A stretch of DNA of 34,297 nt, taken from positions 1 through 34,297 of IMG/VR virus record IMGVR_UViG_3300032225_001493; one strand, 5' to 3'. The notes below the pieces were generated by a model. It saw nothing but the letters and a program-made list of their open reading frames with translations, made no database searches and was not told the origin of the DNA. This document shows, piece after piece, positions 26,869 through 34,297 of the stretch. This DNA is from a virus. Lineage: Duplodnaviria; Caudoviricetes. Position 1 is the first letter of the stretch. The number at the start of each line of letters is the position of its first letter. A program made the translations under genes and the position numbers.

Positions 26869-27081
26869 ATGACCGTCGCCACTCCCGGCCTGTACGTCGC
26901 CAAAGTCACCGCCCGCCGTTGGGGCGTGGTTGCTGGCCGGTCGGTCATCACCCGCCACAAGAGCGAGGCCGAGGCGCTGGCCGCCCTGGCTGCTGACCCG
27001 AAGTTCTACGCCTACTGGGCTGGCTCCGGTTCCGTCTCCCTGGAGAACGACCCGCGCCCGCACACCATCTTGGGCGCCTGA
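26869..27081 (+). CDS. Small hypothetical protein
   Basis: 70 aa, starts just after repeat copy 3. Confidence 0.75.
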   Translation: MTVATPGLYVAKVTARRWGVVAGRSVITRHKSEAEALAALAADPKFYAYWAGSGSVSLENDPRPHTILGA

Positions 27082-27098
27082 GCCCCAGGCCGCATCCC

Positions 27099-27124
27099 GC
27101 CCCCGGTCACCCGGGGGCTTTTTT
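27099..27124 (+). terminator. Intrinsic terminator T2 (same hairpin as T1)
   Basis: GCCCCCGG-tcac-CCGGGGGC-TTTTTT. Confidence 0.88.
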
Positions 27125-27131
27125 ATGCCAC

Positions 27132-27225
27132 GATGCCGAGGCCCGGTCGGCTCATCATCCGCAAGGGGGGCGCGGTGGTCGCTTTCGTTGGGGGCGGCCT
27201 GAAACCGTACCGAAGGCCGGGCATC
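27132..27225 (+). ncRNA. Candidate structured RNA (three-way junction)
   Basis: Nested stems with G-U pairs and a GCAA tetraloop on the + strand, in an intergenic gap. Confidence 0.35.
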
Positions 27226-27229
27226 CAAT

Positions 27230-27260
27230 AAAAAACCCCGGCCCGTAGAGCGGCCGGGGC
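27230..27260 (-). terminator. Intrinsic terminator, leftward
   Basis: CCCCGGCC...GGCCGGGG hairpin preceded by an A6 run on the + strand. Confidence 0.75.
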
Positions 27261-27297
27261 AAGACAGCACCCACAGGACCAGCCTAGGAAGCCTGAG

Positions 27298-27309
27298 ATC
27301 CCTAGCCTG
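27298..27309 (+). promoter_or_regulatory. ATYCCTAGCCTG motif copy (putative late promoter -10)
   Basis: ATCCCTAGCCTG upstream of the phosphoesterase gene. Confidence 0.5.
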
Positions 27310-27341
27310 CAGGGGCCGGCGGGATCTTATGGGCCAGCCAA

Positions 27342-28493
27342 ATGGCCGAACGCACTTTCCAATGCCGACGATCCAAGGCCTGCCGCGCTTGGATTCCCGA
27401 GAGCGCGGTGGAGTGGCAGGAAGAAGGCAGCCAGCGCCGGCCGTTCTGTCTGCCGGGAATGTGCCCGAACGGCAAGCGCAACGACACGTCTGAGGAGCTG
27501 CTGGCGCTGCAGCTGGAGCTTCGCAAATTCAAGGAAGCGGCTCGGACTGCCGAGCGCGATCGTGATCGTGCGCTGGAGCAGCTGGCTAGCACCATGGATT
27601 CACTGGCAGCTGCGCTGGACATTCGGGAGATTGATCAGCCTGAGCCCCTGGCCGATCACCAACCTGGAGCGCGCTCGGAATCGGTGCCGATCCTGCTCTG
27701 CTCGGACTGGCACTGCGGCGCCGTGGTGCGGCCGGAAACGGTGAACGACCTCAACAGCTACGACGTGGAGGAGTTCCACCGGCGCGCTGCGGCCCTGTTC
27801 GTCAATGCCCTCAAAGTGGTCCGCATGGTGCGCAGCAGCTGCGACGTTCGGCAAATGGTGCTGTGGCTGGGCGGTGATCTGATCGACAACTGGCTTCACC
27901 CAGAGCAGATCCAGTTGCAGGAGCTATCGCCCACCCAGCAGATCATTGAGTGCGAGCGTGCCATTGTGGCCGGCGTTGATCACCTGCTAGAGCACGGCGG
28001 CTTTGAGCGGATCGTGATCCCCTGCAGTTATGGCAACCACGGGCGCACCACCCCCAAAATGCAGGCCGATAATTCGCACGCCACCAGTTACGAGTGGCTG
28101 ATGTATCAAAGCCTGCGCCGGCATTATCGGCATCAAGAGCGCCTTGAATGGCGCATCAGCGACGGCAACATCCTCTACGTCGAAGTCCTTGGTCGGCTGC
28201 TGCGCTTTCACCATGGCGATGCCATCCGCTATCAGGGCGGCATCGGCGGGCTGACCGTGCCGCTGACGAAATGGCAGCTCCGGCAAGATCAGGGCATCGC
28301 TGCGGACCACAGCTTCTTTGGGCACTTTCATCAGCTCACCATGGGCCCAGCCTGGAGCGTGAATGGCTCGCTGATTGGCCCCACGGCCTACGGGCTGAAG
28401 CTGGGCTTTGCTCCAGAGCGCCCTCAGCAGCTGCTGCGGTTCCTGGATTCGGAGCGCGGCTGGACCGGGGCCTTTCCGGTGCTGACCGACTGA
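27342..28493 (+). CDS. Calcineurin-like metallophosphoesterase with N-terminal Cys cluster and coiled coil
   Basis: SDWH, GGDLID, GNHG, HHGD and GHFH motifs. Confidence 0.88.
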   Translation: MAERTFQCRRSKACRAWIPESAVEWQEEGSQRRPFCLPGMCPNGKRNDTSEELLALQLELRKFKEAARTAERDRDRALEQLASTMDSLAAALDIREIDQPEPLADHQPGARSESVPILLCSDWHCGAVVRPETVNDLNSYDVEEFHRRAAALFVNALKVVRMVRSSCDVRQMVLWLGGDLIDNWLHPEQIQLQELSPTQQIIECERAIVAGVDHLLEHGGFERIVIPCSYGNHGRTTPKMQADNSHATSYEWLMYQSLRRHYRHQERLEWRISDGNILYVEVLGRLLRFHHGDAIRYQGGIGGLTVPLTKWQLRQDQGIAADHSFFGHFHQLTMGPAWSVNGSLIGPTAYGLKLGFAPERPQQLLRFLDSERGWTGAFPVLTD

Positions 28494-28879
28494 GCCTGCT
28501 TCCTAGTAAAGGCTCCGCAGCCCCTGGCCCAAGCCAGCCCCTCCAGCAGCGGTTCAGGGATCCCGAGGCCACAGCGGCCCAGCTGCATGTGCTGTTTGGT
28601 TTGCTCACGGCTGTTCCAGTGCACGCACTGATGGCACAGGCGCCGGGCCTGATCGGACTCCATGCGCTCCATGCCTGGCGCTTCATCGGCCCAGCGCTCG
28701 CCAAACCTCACGCGGCGCACGGTTTCGCGGCCCAGGCCCACCTCAGCGGCGATCTGAGTATGGGTCACGCTGGGCGGATACGACAGGATTTGGCGCACCA
28801 GGAGTCGGCCGCGGCTCTTTGTCTCCACTGTGGGCTGTCGTTGCAGGCTCAGGCTAGAAGTGCTGATCAGCTGGCCCAT
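28424..28879 (-). CDS. HTH plus Cys-motif hypothetical protein
   Basis: THTQIAAEVGLGRETVRRVR HTH, CHQCVHW...C...C; true start may be GTG 28828. Confidence 0.65.
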   Translation of the reverse strand: MGQLISTSSLSLQRQPTVETKSRGRLLVRQILSYPPSVTHTQIAAEVGLGRETVRRVRFGERWADEAPGMERMESDQARRLCHQCVHWNSREQTKQHMQLGRCGLGIPEPLLEGLAWARGCGAFTRKQAQSVSTGKAPVQPRSESRNRSSC

Positions 28880-29301
28880 GCTTCGTCTTCGGGGAACAGC
28901 TCGGCCATCGTCGGAGGCTCAGGCTCTGGCAACGGGTCATGCTCCGGCCAGCAGCTGCAGGTCATCAGGCGCTGCTGCAGCTGCTCGCGTTGCTCATCGG
29001 TAAGCAGGTGGCGCAACGGTTCGAGCACCACAGCCCCGGGGCCAGCGTTCCAATCCGGCCAGCGATCGCAACCGAAGCTCCAGATCCCGCCATCCGGTGC
29101 CGTGGCGGCCCACAGGCGGCCAAGCTCCGGGCCTGGGTGCCACCACAGGGCCAGCCGCCAGCCATTGGCCAGGTCGAGGCGCTGGCTGCCCCCGGCATTG
29201 CTGACCGGGTGATCTGCCAGCAGCGCGCAATCAGGCTTGGCAGCCTGAACCAGCACGGCCGCCAGGGCGGCGCGGCTGGGTGGGGTGGGGGGTTGGGTCA
29301 T
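28867..29301 (-). CDS. Hypothetical protein
   Basis: Start MTQPP with ATGA overlap; Trp-rich globular sequence. Confidence 0.65.
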   Translation of the reverse strand: MTQPPTPPSRAALAAVLVQAAKPDCALLADHPVSNAGGSQRLDLANGWRLALWWHPGPELGRLWAATAPDGGIWSFGCDRWPDWNAGPGAVVLEPLRHLLTDEQREQLQQRLMTCSCWPEHDPLPEPEPPTMAELFPEDEAWAS

Positions 29302-30011
29302 CGGTTGACTTCCTGATTCAGGATCTGCGCCGCCATTTCCCAGCCATCGGCGTTGCGTGACGTTGCCAAGTCGGGAAGACCCTCGTTGCTGTCTAACCAC
29401 GCCGCCACTTCGCGGATTGCGGCGCGGGCTTCTGGTGTCCAGTTGGCCAGGTGATCTCCCTCCCCGCCAATGGCCAGGGCCACCCTCTCCACCAACCCCC
29501 CGGCAGGCGCGGGCGGCGGGGTGGGCGGGGCGGCTGGGGGCTGTGCGGCGCCGTGTTTGCGGCCGAGGTCGTAGATGGCGCGGAGAGCGTCTTCGACGTA
29601 GTCCGCTCCCTCCCAGATTTGCCGCAGCTCCTCATCCGTGGCCACCGGGGCGGCCTCGGAGGTGGGGGGCTGGGCGGCGCCGTGCTGGCGGCCGAGGTTG
29701 TAGCAGGCGCGGCCAAGGTCCACCAGGTCGCTGTCGAATGTGGGCCCGTGGCTTGACCACGAACGCATGGCCAGCAACTCCTCATCCGAGGCCACCGGGG
29801 CGGCCTCGGAGGTGGGGGGAACCTGCGCAGATTCTGCACAGGTTGACCGCTGCTCCAGCGGCTCCACAAAATGGTCGGCATTCTCTTGCGCCTTCTCCAG
29901 CAACTCCAGCCGCTCAAGGATGATCAACAACACCTGGGCATAGGTGGCGCCATCAATGCGAGCGGTCTGGTGGAGCCAGGCCAGTGTCTCGGGATGTGGT
30001 GATTCAGGCAT
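29298..30011 (-). CDS. Hypothetical mosaic protein with internal repeats
   Basis: Start MPESP; duplicated PPTSEAAPVA.DEEL and Y.LGR.HGAAQPP segments; LVERVA...EARAAIREVAAWL. Confidence 0.7.
   Translation of the reverse strand: MPESPHPETLAWLHQTARIDGATYAQVLLIILERLELLEKAQENADHFVEPLEQRSTCAESAQVPPTSEAAPVASDEELLAMRSWSSHGPTFDSDLVDLGRACYNLGRQHGAAQPPTSEAAPVATDEELRQIWEGADYVEDALRAIYDLGRKHGAAQPPAAPPTPPPAPAGGLVERVALAIGGEGDHLANWTPEARAAIREVAAWLDSNEGLPDLATSRNADGWEMAAQILNQEVNR
29628..29819. repeat. 42-bp direct repeat, 150 bp apart
   Basis: 29628-29669 and 29778-29819 differ at one base. Confidence 0.9.
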
Positions 30012-30468
30012 GGGAGTCTGAGGGGGTGGGTGCAATCGAATAGACCCGGCCGTGAGTCTCCGCAGAAACAACGCCTTGCTGCTTCAGGGCGGTCAAAGCA
30101 TTTGACACAATGGTGCGCCAAGTGGCACCGCCGCGCGAGTACTCCTTCACGTCGCCAGTAGTGAACAACCCGTTGCAGCGGTTTTCCAGCCACGAAAACA
30201 GTTCGTTGCTTGTGAACCTGCCGCGTCCATGCTCTGCCATGTAGGGAATGAAGTTTTCCCTCATGAACTGGGCCCAGTAATGCTGCGAATGGGCCGGCCC
30301 TTCAGATGATACACGGACTGACGGCAACGCTAGCTGGGTCTGCTGCGATGGCAGCGTTACCAGTCTGCCCTGAAGCAGCCCTATCAACTCCAGCGCCGAG
30401 GCGTCGTCTTTGGCGGCAAGAGCCTCAACTGCCGCTTTGCGCAGGTAATCGCGTGTGGTCGGTTCCAT
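30004..30468 (-). CDS. Winged-helix protein (Mrr N-terminal-like)
   Basis: TGD...GGATWRTIVSNALTALKQQGVV...GRVYSI; start MEPTT. Confidence 0.6.
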   Translation of the reverse strand: MEPTTRDYLRKAAVEALAAKDDASALELIGLLQGRLVTLPSQQTQLALPSVRVSSEGPAHSQHYWAQFMRENFIPYMAEHGRGRFTSNELFSWLENRCNGLFTTGDVKEYSRGGATWRTIVSNALTALKQQGVVSAETHGRVYSIAPTPSDSHA

Positions 30469-30514
30469 GGTTAGATGGTGGGGTTGGTAGTGAGGGCGGC
30501 AACGCCGCCCTTTT

Positions 30515-31528
30515 TCATGCCCTAGTGGGCATGGCGGAAACGTCAATCGTGGACTGGGCCAGTTCACCTTCGCCAACGTCTGCAATCAACAGGCCGGAAA
30601 TGAACGCAATGTCATCGGCCATCTGTTGAATCTGATCGTCAATGCTGTGGAGGCTATAGACACCAGCGTCAACCTGGCGAAGAACGCCCAGGTAGTCGCT
30701 GCCGTGCTTGTTGATCTGGCTGTAAAGGATCCCCCGCAACAGGCCGATCGCTTTGTGAGCATCGGTGATTGCACTGGTGATCCGTTTGCACTCGGCGGCA
30801 GCATCAATGGCGCTGTCGTCCTTCTCCAGCTCCCAAGCGGGAATGGTTGGAACGGTGGGCTGGAAGCTGGAGTCGCTGACCGGCTCTGGCGCTGGTTCCG
30901 GCGCTGTGTTTTCCACGCTTGAAACAGTGGCGGCGCAGCTGGCGGCAACCATTCTTTGGTGGCGAGTTTGCTGAGCAGCGGACAATCGCCGGGCCTCATT
31001 GGCCTCATTGGCCTTGTAGGCCCGTGCGGCACGGTTGACTTGATCAAAGGTCGGAACCTTGCCTTTAGCATCGGCCACGGCGGCCTTCCACATCTCCACC
31101 GCTGCATCAGGGTGGGTGCCCAGCTGGCTAAGAAGAGGACGAACCTGAGCTGGGCTGGCTGGTAAAGGAATGCCGGAAGGGCACGTGCCCTTACGCTGTA
31201 ACACTTCGCAGCGAAATTGGTAAAAGCCGCGCAGATATTGAGATGTATTGGCGTCTATAGCTCCTCGTCCGCCTGTGAGCTCAGCTGACTCTTTTTTGAG
31301 CCAGTCCGCCCACTTTCGTCCGCCTTCTTTGCCGCGATAAAGCTTGCGGCGGAAGATCTGCAGCAAACCAGCACCAATGGCCAGGTCGCGCTCCAGCTTG
31401 TCGGCGTAGGCGGTCTTGATAGCAGTCTTGACAATGACGAGTTCCTCTTCCTCGGCATCGGTCATTGGAGTGTCCTCGAATATCTGGGCTTCCATGCCCA
31501 AAACCTCGGGAATGATTGCAATTGTCAT
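30515..31528 (-). CDS. Hypothetical helical protein, probably DNA-binding
   Basis: IGAGLLQIFRRKLYR...KWADWLK segment like DUF3102-type N-terminal domains; LPASPAQVRPL. Confidence 0.7.
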   Translation of the reverse strand: MTIAIIPEVLGMEAQIFEDTPMTDAEEEELVIVKTAIKTAYADKLERDLAIGAGLLQIFRRKLYRGKEGGRKWADWLKKESAELTGGRGAIDANTSQYLRGFYQFRCEVLQRKGTCPSGIPLPASPAQVRPLLSQLGTHPDAAVEMWKAAVADAKGKVPTFDQVNRAARAYKANEANEARRLSAAQQTRHQRMVAASCAATVSSVENTAPEPAPEPVSDSSFQPTVPTIPAWELEKDDSAIDAAAECKRITSAITDAHKAIGLLRGILYSQINKHGSDYLGVLRQVDAGVYSLHSIDDQIQQMADDIAFISGLLIADVGEGELAQSTIDVSAMPTRA

Positions 31529-31585
31529 AAGTGAGTGAGGGTGGCGATAAAGCCCCCGCCAAAAGCAGGGGCAAGGTCTGAACGA

Positions 31586-32173
31586 TCAGGCAGCGGCCAG
31601 AAGCTTTACGCCTGTGCTGGCTTCTGCGGCCGCCAGGACGTTGCTCACGTCGTAACCGCAGGCTTCGGCGTGCTTCAACTGTGAGCCAAGCTTTTGCAGC
31701 TTGCCTTTGATGGCATCGAAATACTTTTCGATGTTGTCGGCGGTTTCAATTTGATCGACAAAGCGCACGGTCATGGCCCTGCTGTCAGTCAAGACCGCCG
31801 CGCCAACAGCGGCCTGCACATACAAAGATGCGCTGCGAAGGTTGCTCAGCACAGCGTTTTCCGATGTGACGCTTTTGCCAAAGCTCAACAAATATCCGTT
31901 GATGTCGGCGGTGATGTCGGCAATGCTTACGTCAACCGCACGCTCGCCACGGCGAAACAAAAGGCCGCGCCCTTCGGCCACGTAAAGAGCACGGAGCGGA
32001 GCCGACAGGTCGTTGCCTTTCCAGGCAAACGCTTCCCAGGACTTGGCTTGAGTGAGCAGGCGGCTAAGGCCGTGCTCGTTTTGCAACCAATCCCGAAGCT
32101 CCAAGGGGGAGATCTCCAGGCGAGGGCCAACCTTTGCGGCTGGGGCCTCGCGGCGAGGCAAGGTGATTGTCAT
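31586..32173 (-). CDS. Hypothetical protein (possible winged helix plus coiled coil)
   Basis: Start MTITLP at 32173, downstream of a promoter; ends LLAAA. Confidence 0.7.
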   Translation of the reverse strand: MTITLPRREAPAAKVGPRLEISPLELRDWLQNEHGLSRLLTQAKSWEAFAWKGNDLSAPLRALYVAEGRGLLFRRGERAVDVSIADITADINGYLLSFGKSVTSENAVLSNLRSASLYVQAAVGAAVLTDSRAMTVRFVDQIETADNIEKYFDAIKGKLQKLGSQLKHAEACGYDVSNVLAAAEASTGVKLLAAA

Positions 32174-32226
32174 TTGTTGGTAGCAGTTGAACGCTCGGGA
32201 GGCCCGCGGCGCTCCGAACGCTCCGA

Positions 32227-32256
32227 ACAGTACAGGCTCAGAACTCCGATCGTCAA
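32227..32256 (-). promoter_or_regulatory. Leftward sigma70-type promoter
   Basis: TTGACG-N18-TACTGT on the minus strand. Confidence 0.55.
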
Positions 32257-32265
32257 GGCTCAGCC

Positions 32266-32295
32266 TTGCCACTCCGTATCCAGCGCGGATACGCT
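32266..32295 (+). promoter_or_regulatory. Rightward promoter with palindromic operator
   Basis: TTGCCA-N18-TACGCT; perfect IR CGTATCC-agcgc-GGATACG at 32275-32293. Confidence 0.55.
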
Positions 32296-32316
32296 GACCC
32301 GGCAGACCGCTAACCC

Positions 32317-32478
32317 ATGCACCCCATCCCCGTACGGCTCCCGGCCGATCTGATCCACTGGTTGGATCAGGCTCGGGACTCTGAGCCGCGTTCCACCGTG
32401 ATCCGCCAGATCCTGCGCGATGAGAAGCGCCGCCGCGAGCGCGCCCAGGCCCGCAACGATCGCCAGGCCCGCCAGTGA
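32317..32478 (+). CDS. CopG-like ribbon-helix-helix protein (53 aa, not in the ORF track)
   Basis: MHPIPVRLPADLIHWLDQARDSEPRSTVIRQILRDE; TGATG overlap with the primase gene. Confidence 0.75.
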   Translation: MHPIPVRLPADLIHWLDQARDSEPRSTVIRQILRDEKRRRERAQARNDRQARQ

Positions 32479-34297
32479 TGACTCTGACCCCTGAGCTCCT
32501 GGCGGAGCTCCAGCAGGTGGACAGCGACTGGCGGCTGATTCCTTGCGATGGCCTGAAGCGGCCTGTTGACCCGGCCACCGGCAGCGTGAAGACGGACTGG
32601 AGCCACCACACCTACGACGCCGACGGCATCGCCGAGCTGGCGGATTCCAGCTTCGTGAAGGCTGTCGGACTGGTGCTTGGCGAAGCGTCCGGCGTGATTG
32701 CCGCCGACTTCGACGGCACTGGCGCGGTCGCCATGTTCAAGGCGGTCTACGGGCGCCCGTGGTCCGACCTGCCGCCCACGGTGGCCTGGAGCAGCGGTGT
32801 GATCAACCGCCGCCAGATGGCCTTCAGGGTGCCGGCCGATCTGTGGCCCCATCTGCGCGGCCGGCGGGTTTGGCACAACGATGCCGGCCGGATCGTGCTT
32901 GAGCTGCGCGGCACCGGGCATCAGTCCGTCATCGCCGGGGCTCACCCTGACACCGAGGGTTACCGCTGGATTGATGGCCGCTCCCCTGCCGATCTGCAGG
33001 TGGCCGACGCACTGGACTGGCTGCTGTGGCCCATGCTCAAGGCCTCCACCGAGCCGGCGGCAGCAGAGCATCAGCCGGCCAGTGAGGCCGACATTCCCAG
33101 GGCCCTGGAGCTGCTGAAGCATATTCCGCCTTGCGAGGATTACGACCGCTGGTTGCGGGTCGGGATGGCGCTCCACAGCGTCTCGGCGGGGCTGCTGAGC
33201 GACTGGGTGAAGTGGTCGAGCGGATGCAGCAACTTTGATGAGGAGGAGTGCCTGGCGAAGTGGCAGAGCTTTAAGAGTTCCGGCACCACCATCGGCACCT
33301 TGCACTACCTGGCCGACACGCTGGGTGGGTTCCGTTACCGCCGGCCGCAGGAGCAATCGCCGGGAAAGCCATCAGGCGTAGCCGTTGATGCCGGGGCGGC
33401 TGACGCTGATGAGCAGCCACCGGCCAGCTACCGCGAGCTGCTGAAGGTGGCCTTGGCGGCCATTAGGGGCCAGGACGACGACACCGAAATGGAAGCTCGG
33501 GCCGAAATCATGGCCCGCTTTCGGCGCACCGATGGTCAGATCAATGCAGCGCTGTTCCGGCTGCTCACCGAGCAGGAGCAGCACCGCGCCGGCGCCGCGC
33601 CAAAGGAGCGGCCCACCTACCGATCGATCGACCTGTCGAAGGTGATCAGCCTGGATTGGCTGCTCGAAGGATTCCTGCCCGCCAACGATCAGGCGTTGCT
33701 TTATGCGCCGGCCGGTGCTGGCAAGACCACCGCAGCGCTGGCGATGGCGTTTGCCATCATCGATGGCACTGGCTTCCTGGACCGCGAGGCGCAGCCGCAG
33801 GCCGGCAGCGTCCTGATGATCGCCACCGACTCGGGCCCGGCGCCATTGATCCGCACCCTGCAGGATCTGGGCAGGGCTGAGCATCCGGCGATCAGTCCAA
33901 CCCATAAAGGGCTTCGCCTCCATGTTTGGGCCCATGACACGGACCAAGCGGCACTGGGCTGGGAAGCGTCGCTGCGCGGCTGCCTGGGCCTGCTCGACTT
34001 CGTGCGCAGCGAGAAGATCGCCCTGGTGATCATCGACAGCTGCAAGGCCGCCACCAGCCGCGCCGATCTCAACTACTGCGACAACGGTCAGGTCACGGCG
34101 CTGCTCACCTTCGTCAAGGAGGTGATTTGCCAGCACTGCAGCGTCCTATGGCTCAACCACGACGGCACCGCCGGCGGCGAGGCAGCCGGCGCCAAGGCAT
34201 GGAAGGAAGTCCCGTCAATCGTGCACAGCATTCAGCCGGTCATGGAGGGCGGCGACGATGACGGCTTTGAGGGACCGCCGGACAAGTCGGCAGGGAA
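32478..34297 (+). CDS. Primase-polymerase + PriCT-2 + RecA-like AAA helicase (truncated at window end, absent from the ORF track)
   Basis: GLVLG..SGVIAADFD, HQSVIAGAHP, DYDRWLRVGMALH, WLLEGFLP, Walker A APAGAGKT, LVIIDS. Confidence 0.92.
   Translation, partial: MTLTPELLAELQQVDSDWRLIPCDGLKRPVDPATGSVKTDWSHHTYDADGIAELADSSFVKAVGLVLGEASGVIAADFDGTGAVAMFKAVYGRPWSDLPPTVAWSSGVINRRQMAFRVPADLWPHLRGRRVWHNDAGRIVLELRGTGHQSVIAGAHPDTEGYRWIDGRSPADLQVADALDWLLWPMLKASTEPAAAEHQPASEADIPRALELLKHIPPCEDYDRWLRVGMALHSVSAGLLSDWVKWSSGCSNFDEEECLAKWQSFKSSGTTIGTLHYLADTLGGFRYRRPQEQSPGKPSGVAVDAGAADADEQPPASYRELLKVALAAIRGQDDDTEMEARAEIMARFRRTDGQINAALFRLLTEQEQHRAGAAPKERPTYRSIDLSKVISLDWLLEGFLPANDQALLYAPAGAGKTTAALAMAFAIIDGTGFLDREAQPQAGSVLMIATDSGPAPLIRTLQDLGRAEHPAISPTHKGLRLHVWAHDTDQAALGWEASLRGCLGLLDFVRSEKIALVIIDSCKAATSRADLNYCDNGQVTALLTFVKEVICQHCSVLWLNHDGTAGGEAAGAKAWKEVPSIVHSIQPVMEGGDDDGFEGPPDKSAG

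Noticed and set aside
27132-27225. Hammerhead or twister-sister ribozyme
   Set aside because: The minus strand has ATGATGA and GAAA but no UH cleavage triplet or stem II; GCTCA/GCAAGG on the plus strand do not fit the twister-sister layout.

Overview
A high-GC temperate siphovirus genome segment, probably most of the genome. The host is most likely a picocyanobacterium (Cyanobium/Synechococcus), inferred from the cyanobacterial-type sigma factor, the C39-peptidase lysin and an NblA-like ORF. 144-19788 (+) is the morphogenesis block: lambda-type terS/terL, gpW-like adaptor, portal, a protease-capsid fusion, fibre genes, tail tube, frameshifted chaperones, a short tape measure, tail-tip proteins and the lysin. 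20158-25310 (-) holds a sigma-70 factor, SSB, an RHH protein, an XRE repressor and a large serine integrase. 25460-27260 is an accessory array of small ORFs, each behind a copy of an 85-bp promoter element and closed by repeated terminators. A metallophosphoesterase, a leftward operon of hypothetical/DNA-binding genes and a CopG-like gene plus Prim-Pol/AAA replicase (truncated by the window end) follow. The most notable items are the promoter-ORF-terminator cassette array, a G15 tract that switches the repressor's C-terminal tail, a conserved ATYCCTAGCCTG motif ahead of late genes, a structured RNA candidate and a putative NblA. All product calls come from motif recognition by eye; no database search was run.
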